From a virus (taxonomy: Duplodnaviria > Caudoviricetes): a DNA stretch of 61,667 bases. A model generated the notes under the pieces. It was not told where the DNA came from, made no database searches, and saw only the letters and a list, made by a program, of their open reading frames with translations. Shown piece after piece: positions 49,011-57,459 of this stretch. The position numbers and the translations under genes are program-made. Every line of letters starts with the position of its first letter. Positions within the stretch are counted from its first letter, which is position 1. The stretch covers positions 1-61,667 of the IMG/VR virus record IMGVR_UViG_3300005253_000118; one strand, written 5' to 3'.

Positions 49011-49520
49011 TTAATTAATCAGCCTTCCGATATTTTCCGAAAGCTTCTTCAGCTCTACGGGTGCTTCAAGTCGTGGAGTTTCGACTACGACATTGTACGC
49101 CCGGTAAGCCTCTTTAAATTCCCTCACGAACCACCTTAGCTCTGATTCAGCCAAGCTACATACCGATTGCCATCTAAACCGGCCCTGAAACAACCTGTCC
49201 GTTATGGGGTCTGAGAACACTGGGCAGCCATAGTACCCTACAGGGCTTATTTGCCGAATCACCTCAGCGGCCTGAATCTCTGCTACGTCCTCGATTTGTG
49301 GTGTGGGCCCATTGATGAACTCGATCAACTCCGCAGGCTTAGGAAACCATTTTAATTCTTGAATCGACCGGCTGATGGCCATGGTGATCTGCTCGGCGCT
49401 GAATTCTTTCAACACTTCGATATACAGCTTAGATACGACCGGTGGCATCTGCCGCTCATGTAGCTCACATAGAACGGTAAACGCTTCTGCAATTTTGGTT
49501 TCATCAATTTTGTTGCGCAT
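49011..49520 (-). CDS. Replication accessory/helicase-loader-like protein (DUF6475-like)
   Basis: FPKPAELI, G.Y....F.DP, W..VC, F...Y motifs; downstream of initiator. Confidence 0.6.
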   Translation of the reverse strand: MRNKIDETKIAEAFTVLCELHERQMPPVVSKLYIEVLKEFSAEQITMAISRSIQELKWFPKPAELIEFINGPTPQIEDVAEIQAAEVIRQISPVGYYGCPVFSDPITDRLFQGRFRWQSVCSLAESELRWFVREFKEAYRAYNVVVETPRLEAPVELKKLSENIGRLIN

Positions 49521-50220
49521 CGATCCAGCCTTCCATATTGTTGTAGATTCTTGCCATGTTCCTATGGTAACGCCCGTTTAAAACCTTATTGAAGTTCGTT
49601 GGCCTCACCAGCCATTCCAAATCTGCACACCAATCCTTCACCTGCCCAGTGAGCCATTTGCTGTGTGAGACATAATCAAAATACTTCTCCCAAAATTCTA
49701 TAGAATCCTGTCCTTTGGTTTGCCACCGTGCCCTCGTGAACTTTTGTAAAGATTCGGGCCACGTTGTGACTATCGGGGCCTCTGGTAACTTTTCGTGATA
49801 TAGCTCAATTATGTTTTGGTGGGGGCATTGTGACCCTCTCTGTGACTTAAGCGTGACACCCCCGTTTTTTCCCCCTTTTGCCCTATGTCGACGCTGACGC
49901 AACTTACTGTTCTTTCTCTTTATATCGTTCCTATACATTCTTCTGTTACGGATTTGTGACAAGCCGTTATCCGTAACACTAAAGTCACAAAAATTATATT
50001 TCTGGGCTTCGTCTGAAAACCGCTTAAACTCCTCTAAGCTCGCTCCGGTCATTTTGCAGATGTCCTCGCTCGATGCAGATATCTCTCCTTTAGGATTCAG
50101 GTCCCACATAAAGCACAAAAGGTCTATCCATATACCCCTTGTCGATGGGCTTGCCATCCTCAATCTTGTATCTCCGAGCCAATCTTTTGCACAAAAATTA
50201 AAGTCGGGTGTTTTCGCCAC
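49504..50220 (-). CDS. Phage replication initiator (YdaU/DUF1376-like N-terminus)
   Basis: P.F.F...DWL.D..L..S...RG.WIDLLC.MW; C-terminal W.ADLEWL....NF.KVL.G.Y. Confidence 0.7.
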   Translation of the reverse strand: MAKTPDFNFCAKDWLGDTRLRMASPSTRGIWIDLLCFMWDLNPKGEISASSEDICKMTGASLEEFKRFSDEAQKYNFCDFSVTDNGLSQIRNRRMYRNDIKRKNSKLRQRRHRAKGGKNGGVTLKSQRGSQCPHQNIIELYHEKLPEAPIVTTWPESLQKFTRARWQTKGQDSIEFWEKYFDYVSHSKWLTGQVKDWCADLEWLVRPTNFNKVLNGRYHRNMARIYNNMEGWIDAQQN

Positions 50221-50231
50221 ATCTAATCCGC

Positions 50232-50549
50232 TTATCGGTATTCGCCGTATATTAAAGCATACCTTCGTTTGAATTTATTCATTGCCTGAGAGCAAATTTG
50301 CCTCGCTCTCTCGGATGAGAAACCAAAATGAACGCCGATTTCAACAAGCGATTGAGCGTAATATCCGTGGTCTAATTTCCCAATTGGAAGCCCCGCTTCA
50401 ATCCTTCTTTTCCTTTCAGCGGCTTGCTTGCGCTTATAATACCTTTTTTGCGACTCTTTAAAGGCGTCTTCCGCGCAAAGCAGGCAATATTTCTGACGAT
50501 TCGGCGCCTCAACCGGGATAGGGTATCCGCATGTTTCGCATTGTCTCAC
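50232..50549 (-). CDS. Zn-finger plus sigma-region-4 HTH regulator
   Basis: CETCG..KYC..C; SL.EIG..FG.S.ER.RQI...A..K. Confidence 0.65.
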   Translation of the reverse strand: MRQCETCGYPIPVEAPNRQKYCLLCAEDAFKESQKRYYKRKQAAERKRRIEAGLPIGKLDHGYYAQSLVEIGVHFGFSSERARQICSQAMNKFKRRYALIYGEYR

Positions 50550-50746
50550 TATTCTTCAACAAACTCGTTAAACGAGTCTCTTAAGCCCTCCAGCAGCTTG
50601 TCGGCTTCATCCACAGTGTGCATATTAAGTACCACCCATTGCATACCCATTGGTGTTATGTCAGGGTCGCGCATATCCCAAGTCATGGCCGCTACCAAGT
50701 CCGAGACAGCCTCAATAGCCTCATATAGCGCCTCAGCGGTTTTCAT
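50549..50746 (-). CDS. Hypothetical protein
   Basis: Coupled ORF with RBS. Confidence 0.45.
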   Translation of the reverse strand: MKTAEALYEAIEAVSDLVAAMTWDMRDPDITPMGMQWVVLNMHTVDEADKLLEGLRDSFNEFVEE

Positions 50747-50771
50747 TACGGTTTCCCCTTATCTTTACAAA

Positions 50772-50970
50772 ATTATGGGAGGCAGGATTCGAACCTGCAC
50801 GAGAGCATTATGTGACTATACCAAGATCAGACTTGGGTAGTATCTCTCTTCCACTATAGCGTCTATCCAATGACAAGCCTACACGGTGAGAAACGCGACC
50901 AAAGGAAGGAAGCTCTCACCTCATCACCTCCTACCGCTCCTCGGCTTGTCAATTCCGCCACTCCCATAAT
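50772..50970 (-). ncRNA. tRNA-Leu-like RNA with D-loop hairpin insertion (copy A)
   Basis: ATTATGGGAG/CTCCCATAAT stem; TGGCGGAAT[TGACAAGCC...GGCTTGTCA]TTGGATAGACGC; T-arm GCAGGTTCGAATCCTGC; no anticodon loop. Confidence 0.7.
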
Positions 50971-50975
50971 AGTTT

Positions 50976-52292
50976 TCAGCTCCCCTCCGCAATCCGATTC
51001 ATTTCGACCTCAACACTTTTTGCCTCGTCCGGACTGTCAGGATATTCGCCTGCCACCGCAAATACGGTTTCACAAGCCTGCGCGTAAACATCTTCACCAA
51101 GATTCTCCCTGGCTTTTGCGAGTCCTACAAATTCGGGGGCAAGAGACGGCTTATCAGGATCCACGAACTCGGCATCAACCAAGTCCCCCTTTTTCTCGGA
51201 CGGCCCAGCAACCTCGGCCACAGGGAATGGCTTGTCTGGGTAAAAACCGCCCCACTTTTTAATCGCTTTGGCCTGGAGCGGAACAGGAGCATCCTTGAAC
51301 GTGTCAAGGTTGTCAGAAACAAACTTTGCGAATCCTGAAGTGAGTCCGTCACCTTTTCGGGTTTTCCACCATTTCGGCTGATCCCACGGCCCTCCATAAA
51401 TAATCATTTCCTCCTTTTTGGCTTTTCCCGTTTTATCTTTGGGAGGCGTTAGCTTGCTCCATGCTTCGAAATGAGCCCAAAGCTCCTCAAATTGAGCAAC
51501 GCCCTCGGCTTTGAACTGTTCGACGGACATCGGAGGGGTTTGCGCCGCCGCTAATTCTTTCAGGTATTTGTCAAGAGCGGGATCCGGCGGGTAGTTAATC
51601 TTTTCCGACACAAGCCGATCAAACTCCTCGGGTGTGTGTCCGACTTGCCCTTCTTCATATATTCCGTCTTTACTGAGTTCAAAATCGATGGGTTCTGGCA
51701 GCTCTTCCGGTATATAAGCGGTTCCGATAGCTCCGCCCCATAGCGCAGAAAGCCCCTGGCTCTCGACGACCTTCATAATCTGTGACGGCTGTTTTTCTGG
51801 TTTCCAAAATGCTGTTGCCGAGCCCTCCTGCGTTTTCCCGATGTATCCGGTGAGGTTGATTTCAAGCTCGTAGGGCACGATCCAGCCGTCTGGAGTGGCC
51901 TCAAAGTAAGCGCCGACAAGCGTCTCGCCTTCTAAAACCAAACCCTTTGAGCGTTTTGTCTGTCCTTTTTTATCTATCAGAATCAGACCCTTTGACCATC
52001 CCTTACAGTCAGCCTGGGCTCTTGCTTTGGCCCTTTTGTGGTGTATGCTTTCCACAATAGCTGCGTTACCTGTCCGACTATATTTAATGAGCCAGCACTC
52101 CTTACGGAATGGGTCCAGCCGGCGGGCCTTACATTCGGCCATAAACATGATCGCCTCTGGGTCGGTCACATATTCCGATTTTCCCTGGACCAGATAATTT
52201 TTCACCATGGAAATAGTGAGCCTCATTTCGTCCCCGTTGGCCATTGTGTAGGACATTTCTTTTTCTGCTTTTGCCGGTAAACTATGTGTCAT
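50976..52292 (-). CDS. RecT/Bet-family single-strand annealing protein
   Basis: Likely start MTHSL; F...CKAR.LDPF.KE..LIKY, W...P..I.KV.ESQ.L motifs. Confidence 0.8.
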   Translation of the reverse strand: MTHSLPAKAEKEMSYTMANGDEMRLTISMVKNYLVQGKSEYVTDPEAIMFMAECKARRLDPFRKECWLIKYSRTGNAAIVESIHHKRAKARAQADCKGWSKGLILIDKKGQTKRSKGLVLEGETLVGAYFEATPDGWIVPYELEINLTGYIGKTQEGSATAFWKPEKQPSQIMKVVESQGLSALWGGAIGTAYIPEELPEPIDFELSKDGIYEEGQVGHTPEEFDRLVSEKINYPPDPALDKYLKELAAAQTPPMSVEQFKAEGVAQFEELWAHFEAWSKLTPPKDKTGKAKKEEMIIYGGPWDQPKWWKTRKGDGLTSGFAKFVSDNLDTFKDAPVPLQAKAIKKWGGFYPDKPFPVAEVAGPSEKKGDLVDAEFVDPDKPSLAPEFVGLAKARENLGEDVYAQACETVFAVAGEYPDSPDEAKSVEVEMNRIAEGS

Positions 52293-52324
52293 GTGATTGT
52301 CCTCCTTTGATTTTTTTAGGAAAG

Positions 52325-52357
52325 TGGGGAATGTCGGATTGCCTTCCGACACTCCCC
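52325..52357 (-). terminator. Stem-loop ending the ncRNA cluster
   Basis: GGGGA.TGTCGGA...TCCGACA.TCCCC. Confidence 0.55.
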
Positions 52358-52362
52358 GATCG

Positions 52363-52435
52363 TTTGTATAGTTGGAATTGAACCAACGACAGTCAGATTA
52401 CAAATCTGATGCTCTACCAATTGAGCTATATACAG
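52363..52435 (-). tRNA. tRNA-Thr(UGU), AU-rich acceptor, no encoded CCA
   Basis: D-arm GCTC-AATTGGTA-GAGC; anticodon arm TCAGA-TT-TGT-AA-TCTGA; T-arm GTTGG-TTCAATT-CCAAC; C1/A72 mismatch. Confidence 0.75.
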
Positions 52436-52446
52436 AATTGGTGGCT

Positions 52447-52601
52447 ATTCTTTTCTTTCGCTGTACGCATGATCTCAGTTTTAGTGATCTGCGTCCTGCC
52501 ATTAGACGATCTCCCCATATGGTGTTTCTGAATGGCGGAGAGACCAGGATTCGAACCCGGATTACAGTCATTGAATCACACGCCAGTTAGTGAAAAAGAA
52601 C
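52447..52601 (-). ncRNA. Circularly permuted tRNA-like domain (YrlA-like or permuted tmRNA-like)
   Basis: T-arm CCGGG-TTCGAAT-CCTGG, TCTCTCC-G-CCA, 16-nt linker, then GGGGAGA-TC-GTCTAATGGCAGGAC; flanks pair into a long stem at the anticodon position. Confidence 0.7.
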
Positions 52602-52774
52602 ATTGCCTGAAGCTGTAGGGCAATACGATGAGTTTGATTTTGGCATTTATGTAATGCCATTTATTAAGCTAATGCTGAAGCTAAAGCTGGCCCTAAATTG
52701 TTATTATCAAGTAATTAAGCGCCGCATTGATTTACCTGTGAACAAGATGCGACATTTCTTGAGTACAAGATATG

Positions 52775-52952
52775 TTGGTCCAGGCAGGATTCGAACCTGC
52801 AAATGCCTGCTCCTATACAACCATGATCTATGTACGGAATCGAACCGACTCGCAAACAGGCTTCCAGATCTTTTTTATTATTCGCGTCTACCAATGACAA
52901 GCCCACGGTAATTCTATGAGGTGCCAGCTTGTCAATTCCGCCACTGGACCAA
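52775..52952 (-). ncRNA. tRNA-Leu-like RNA with D-loop hairpin insertion (copy B)
   Basis: TTGGTCCAG/CTGGACCAA stem; TGGCGGAAT[TGACAAGC...GCTTGTCA]TTGGTAGACGC; identical T-arm; nested second T-loop CGG-TTCGATT-CCG. Confidence 0.7.
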
Positions 52953-52957
52953 ACTAA

Positions 52958-53092
52958 GCGGGGAAGCAGTGTCTGAGGACCTTACAACGACTTATTCCAA
53001 AGCACTGAGCTTCGGAGGCGATTCGGAACCCCGCCGCATTATCCTCGTTGGCGGTCAAAGTTCTATAAGGTATACTTCTACCGCTTCCCCAC
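52958..53092 (-). ncRNA. Multibranch structured RNA immediately after stop codon
   Basis: 13-bp outer stem GTGGGGAAGCGGT/ACTGCTTCCCCGC; inner ACCTTATA/TGTAAGGT; hairpins CCGC/GCGG and TCCGAAGC/GCTTTGGA. Confidence 0.55.
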
Positions 53093-53095
53093 ACT

Positions 53096-53839
53096 TTATC
53101 CATGAATATAAGTGAACAGTTCTTCACCAATAGAAGTGTCCACAACCTCTGTCGAATTGGCCCGCTGTCGAGCCTGCTTTACGGCCCGGAGCAGCTTTCT
53201 TATCCGGCCTACCAGAATATTCTTCTCTGCCGTACTTATCAGGCCTACCCAGACTTCTTTGATTTTTCTTCCGACATTTTTAGTCTCGGGGATTTCCTTT
53301 ACTTGGGCCGGATGTTCTTTTGTTGCTTCATATAACACCTGGGCCTTGAAGATCTTCTCGGTTTTGAACACTACTTCATCATCCACAACAGCCCAAACGT
53401 GTTCGCCCCGGTTTTTATCAGGCTCCCATTTATAACCAGGCGCCAAGGTGGGGGCGGCCTCATACACGCTCAGGATCGCCCTCAATTTGGTTTCCAGGCC
53501 AAGTAAAAATGTTGCCGGGACATCCTTTGCGATCGCGGTCCCATCAATAAGGATGTCAGCCCTTGCCTCCTGATTTGTTCTCTCTTTCTGCAAAACCGCA
53601 TCGAGATACCGCACAGCGTGTTCTCTTTGCACGGCAAGTGACTCATAGACGGTCTTCGTCATTTCGCTATGCTCATGCGGAGCTTCCGGGGCGTCCTCGT
53701 CAAACATTTCAGTTCGCTTGTGAAACCCAAGGAACAGGCCGACCTGTTTTATAAATTCCGCTTTTGTGTTCTCCAGGGCAATCTTGTGAGCGCCCTCTAA
53801 TTCTGATTCCACAGCTAATACTTCGTGAAGTTTTGGCAT
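53096..53839 (-). CDS. Conserved uncharacterised protein (recalled as DUF7873-like; needs HMM check)
   Basis: Start MPKLHEVLAVE with RBS AGGAGG; N..ARAD...DG.....VP.T.LL.LE, EAT.EHPAQV, L..AVK.AR..AN motifs. Confidence 0.7.
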   Translation of the reverse strand: MPKLHEVLAVESELEGAHKIALENTKAEFIKQVGLFLGFHKRTEMFDEDAPEAPHEHSEMTKTVYESLAVQREHAVRYLDAVLQKERTNQEARADILIDGTAIAKDVPATFLLGLETKLRAILSVYEAAPTLAPGYKWEPDKNRGEHVWAVVDDEVVFKTEKIFKAQVLYEATKEHPAQVKEIPETKNVGRKIKEVWVGLISTAEKNILVGRIRKLLRAVKQARQRANSTEVVDTSIGEELFTYIHG

Positions 53840-54079
53840 TTTAGTTTCCTCCTTGTTCGGTTTTATGGTTGTTAATATTAGATAAGAAGTTGTCTTGCCC
53901 CTGAACCCTGTCTCTTGCTCCGCAGCATGTTTACTGTGTGCCAATGTAAGGCGCCATACTTCATTGACAGTGACCAACGTGTCGACGTTGCCGCAGCACC
54001 CGCAATCATTTTCAAGCGGTGATAATTATATAATTGCGGGTCGCTTGCACGGTTTTTCTATATTTTAACAGAAGCAAGA

Positions 54080-54844
54080 CTACCCCCTCCAAACCGGTAC
54101 ATCGTCCTGATAAATCCTGATACCGGGGATGTTTCGCACGGCCGCCTTGATTGCCGTGTTTATCGCCGGACCGTTCAGGATTTTGTACTCATCCGGTACT
54201 TTGTCGAAATCGATTTCCTCTTCATTCTTATCCCAAGTCCAAACCTTTTTCATACTCCCCGAGCCCTCTTCCGTTCTGGTCGGAGCCTGTTTTTGAGGCA
54301 AAACGGGTTCTGGTATGAGAATCGGGTCAATATTCTTTTTCTTCGCTTCCCGGTTGACTCTATCTTGCAACGCTCGGGCAGCTTCCTTGACCTTAAGATC
54401 GTCCTCTCTCCGCTTCATTTCCTTTATGCGAGAGTATTCACGGAACTTCCCTTTCAAATCACTTTCGATTGAGTCCAACATGTCGGTATAGACCCGCACG
54501 AGGTTTTTCACTGCTCCGGTGTAAAGGCGATGCTTCTTCGTTCTGTCCGCCCCGTCCTCTTTGACCCGTTTCGACAGTTTTTTGGCCTGCAGACCCATCT
54601 CCACGGCCTTGCTGTTTGACGCCTCATCGGTGATCTCAAACGCCTGGGCCTCAGTCAGCATCCCTTTAATTTTTTCCTCATACTTGGATAGCTCGGACTT
54701 GGCTGCTTCGATGTCGAATGGGTTTATGACCACAGGGGATGGTGCGTAGTGTCTTTCAGCGAACTCTGTTGCTTCCTTTCTGGTTTTAAACACCTCGGTC
54801 TTCGGTTTAAAATCGATCGGCATGTCATTTCCCTCCTTTTGCAA
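54080..54844 (-). CDS. Coiled-coil phage recombination-region protein
   Basis: C-terminal W....VPDEY......I......R.IPG..I motif. Confidence 0.6.
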   Translation of the reverse strand: MQKEGNDMPIDFKPKTEVFKTRKEATEFAERHYAPSPVVINPFDIEAAKSELSKYEEKIKGMLTEAQAFEITDEASNSKAVEMGLQAKKLSKRVKEDGADRTKKHRLYTGAVKNLVRVYTDMLDSIESDLKGKFREYSRIKEMKRREDDLKVKEAARALQDRVNREAKKKNIDPILIPEPVLPQKQAPTRTEEGSGSMKKVWTWDKNEEEIDFDKVPDEYKILNGPAINTAIKAAVRNIPGIRIYQDDVPVWRG

Positions 54845-55067
54845 CAGCCTTGAAAAACTTAAGAACCAGATCGGCCCTCATCTCAGTCCACTCCATTGAG
54901 AGGGCCTTAATCATTTCATAGACTGGAATTTTGTGTTCTGAGCAAGCGTTTACACCATGATTGTTAAAACTCATAGTGACGACCGATAAGCCCTTACAAT
55001 CTCCAAACTCGCATTTTGGTATCATCTTATTTCCCTCCTTGCTTTAGTGACATTTTCCCCCCTTTTT

Positions 55068-55367
55068 TTACTCAACCGGATAAACTCCAACGTGCTCCAG
55101 GAGCCTTAAAATCAAATCTTCCGCGGTTTCCTCTTGCAGCTCTTCTTTTTTCTCATTTTGTTTTGGCAAAAGCCCGGCGTTTTCAAGGGTTTTTTGCTCG
55201 ATATGGATTATTTCTTTACACTCAGAGCCGTATTCTGGCCGCCCGTAGCTACTGATCCCCTCAATACTAAGCGTCACAGCCCACAGCTGAGGGTTGCCTT
55301 CATTCGGAAATTCATAGGTTTTCTTTGTATCTTCAGTTGTGATTCGTGTTATTGTTTTTGCCGACAT
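55068..55367 (-). CDS. Hypothetical protein
   Basis: RBS AGGAGGG. Confidence 0.5.
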   Translation of the reverse strand: MSAKTITRITTEDTKKTYEFPNEGNPQLWAVTLSIEGISSYGRPEYGSECKEIIHIEQKTLENAGLLPKQNEKKEELQEETAEDLILRLLEHVGVYPVE

Positions 55368-55380
55368 TTAATTCCCTCCT

Positions 55381-55719
55381 TTAATCTTTCCGGGTTGGGA
55401 TTAAAAGGTAGTCAGAACCAATAGGACGCAGTTCCAAATTATTATCAAGCCCACCCAGGTAAAACGCCTTTTCGTTCAGTTCTGAATTTGTAGAGCTCGG
55501 AAAAAGATGGGCAACCTTTAAAAAATACCTACTCTCGAAACCGGCAGCTTTGGCCTCGTCAAGTGAAAAAAGAAACCCATCAGAGTCTCCCAATGAGGAT
55601 AAATTAAAATATTTATCACTCTCAAACGCCTTTGGAATTAGTTCCTTCAAACCAGCCCTCCATCCAGGGCGTTTCTTTGCCAATGCCAATACTTTTTCAC
55701 TTTCAATTTTTAGTTCCAT
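55381..55719 (-). CDS. Hypothetical protein
   Basis: RBS GGAGG. Confidence 0.5.
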   Translation of the reverse strand: MELKIESEKVLALAKKRPGWRAGLKELIPKAFESDKYFNLSSLGDSDGFLFSLDEAKAAGFESRYFLKVAHLFPSSTNSELNEKAFYLGGLDNNLELRPIGSDYLLIPTRKD

Positions 55720-55720
55720 T

Positions 55721-56266
55721 TTATTTCCCTCCTCCGCTCAGTCTGTATTTCTCAATCATCAGCATATTCATGTAAGCCGCAAAATCAGCGGCTGAATCGG
55801 TGTACTCGCTGAAAATTGCCCGGCCCCCGTTTCCCTTGAGCCTCAGCGAACCTACTCGGCCAATGTCGTAACCGTTCTTTATTGCCAGGTGGCGATAGCA
55901 CGATAACTGCGGTTTCCAGGTGAAGCTCTCTGCCAAGGGCGTTTTCAAATCAACCAGCGTGATCTTGGTGTCACCAATAATGATACACAGCAGATCCGGG
56001 TGGCCGACTAAATCCAAGTCTTCATCTATCAGCTCAATCTCAGTATCGATGACTTTCTCAACGTATTTGTCAAACCAGTTCATGTAACTGTAGAAGAAAC
56101 CGTGATAATCAGGTGGCCACTGACTCGTTAAAACAAAACCCCCCTGGCCGTACACATGACAGGCGTGGTGGATGGTTGTTCCACGCTCAGAGGCATAATC
56201 CAGTACGTCCGGGTGTATTTGGTCGAACTTGTTAAATGGTTTAAGCGGTTGGGTTGTTCGGATCAT
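55721..56266 (-). CDS. PD-(D/E)XK exonuclease (Cas4/RecB-like)
   Basis: RGT.IH, G.PDL, LVDLKT, QL..Y motifs. Confidence 0.8.
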   Translation of the reverse strand: MIRTTQPLKPFNKFDQIHPDVLDYASERGTTIHHACHVYGQGGFVLTSQWPPDYHGFFYSYMNWFDKYVEKVIDTEIELIDEDLDLVGHPDLLCIIIGDTKITLVDLKTPLAESFTWKPQLSCYRHLAIKNGYDIGRVGSLRLKGNGGRAIFSEYTDSAADFAAYMNMLMIEKYRLSGGGK

Positions 56267-56270
56267 GCGC

Positions 56271-57419
56271 TTATTTCCATAGCTTCAACTGCTTAATTTC
56301 TTTCTCGATCCTCGGGATCCCAATGTCATTAATATAGGCCTCTGACAACTCAATCATAATAAATTTCCGGTTGTGCTTATAAGCGACGATAGCGGTTGTC
56401 ATGCTGCCGCCGAAGGGGTCAAGGACTGTGCAGGGTTTTTGCTTCACACCCTTATATTCCGGGCCTCCAAAACCCGTATGAGAACACGTTGGCTCCCAGC
56501 CGATGGTTTTGGATTCTATAATAGGTGGTTCCACTTTATCGAGTTGCAAGAGCGGCACGCTGCTACAATATTCGTTTTTTCGAACCCAAGGACTCCCGCA
56601 CTCCACACAGCATCCTTTCTCGCTCGTTCCTGCTAAGATACAAGGCTCTATCAGCTTCGGAGGGAAGGTGGCGAAATGGGCTTCTGGAAACGGGTGCGTT
56701 GCTACATTCCAGACTGAGCGTTTGTTACGCTTTGTCCCTGGTGGTAAATCGCACATAGCAGCTTGAAATGAATCGTTGTTTTTGATACCGCTCCCCGCTT
56801 TAGCTGTCTTTTGCATAGTCATTGCAGGCTTCCCGTTTTTACCCCTGCTGTGGGTATTCGGGCTCATTTTCTCTTTTATAGCCTCCGCATCATAAAAATA
56901 CTTAGCGGATTTCGTAAGCAAGAAAATGTATTCATGGGATTTCGTGCACCTGTCGGTCACGCTCTCGGGCATAGGATTGGGTTTTTTCCAGATTATCTCT
57001 CTGTCTTGCCCATGCCGCCATATCCTCTCTTCGAGTTGCCAACCACAGTGAGGACAGTAAACTTCTACCTCTTCAATTATATCCTGGCGCAACCACCACC
57101 CATCGGCTTGAAGGGCAATAGCGACTCGGGCCGGGATCATGCAAAGGTCTTTTGGTTTGAGGCCATTAGCCTTTGTCGGGGTATATTTTGAATTGCCAAT
57201 ATTTCTTTTTTTTATAGTGGGATCGCCACCGCCGGGTTGGGAATGGTTGACATAACTATCCCCAAAATTCAGCCAAACAGTCCCGTCCTTCCTAAGCACC
57301 CTCCGAACCTCCCGGAATATCTCAACCAAATGGCATACATAACAGCTATCCAATTTCACTCTAAAATATTTCTGTAAATGTGGTGGCACTTTATACGCAG
57401 GTAAAACAGGACTTGACAT
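56271..57419 (-). CDS. DNA adenine/N4-cytosine methyltransferase, C-terminal part
   Basis: EVRRVLR.DG..WLN.GDSY, W.KPNPMPESV.DR, HFATFP, VLDPFGGS.TT (motif I); lacks motif IV. Confidence 0.85.
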   Translation of the reverse strand: MSSPVLPAYKVPPHLQKYFRVKLDSCYVCHLVEIFREVRRVLRKDGTVWLNFGDSYVNHSQPGGGDPTIKKRNIGNSKYTPTKANGLKPKDLCMIPARVAIALQADGWWLRQDIIEEVEVYCPHCGWQLEERIWRHGQDREIIWKKPNPMPESVTDRCTKSHEYIFLLTKSAKYFYDAEAIKEKMSPNTHSRGKNGKPAMTMQKTAKAGSGIKNNDSFQAAMCDLPPGTKRNKRSVWNVATHPFPEAHFATFPPKLIEPCILAGTSEKGCCVECGSPWVRKNEYCSSVPLLQLDKVEPPIIESKTIGWEPTCSHTGFGGPEYKGVKQKPCTVLDPFGGSMTTAIVAYKHNRKFIMIELSEAYINDIGIPRIEKEIKQLKLWK

Positions 57420-57440
57420 TTGCCCTCCAATGGCTATCTT
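57413..57440 (+). promoter_or_regulatory. Putative promoter of the HNH gene, overlapping the MTase C-part start
   Basis: TTGACA-N16-TATCTT. Confidence 0.4.
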
Positions 57441-57459
57441 GGGTTAGAGCTTAATAAAA

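Noticed and set aside
52372-53145. ORFs 52372, 52603, 52715, 52921 and 52954
   Set aside because: Overlap the structured RNA cluster; spurious tRNA-complement translations without RBS
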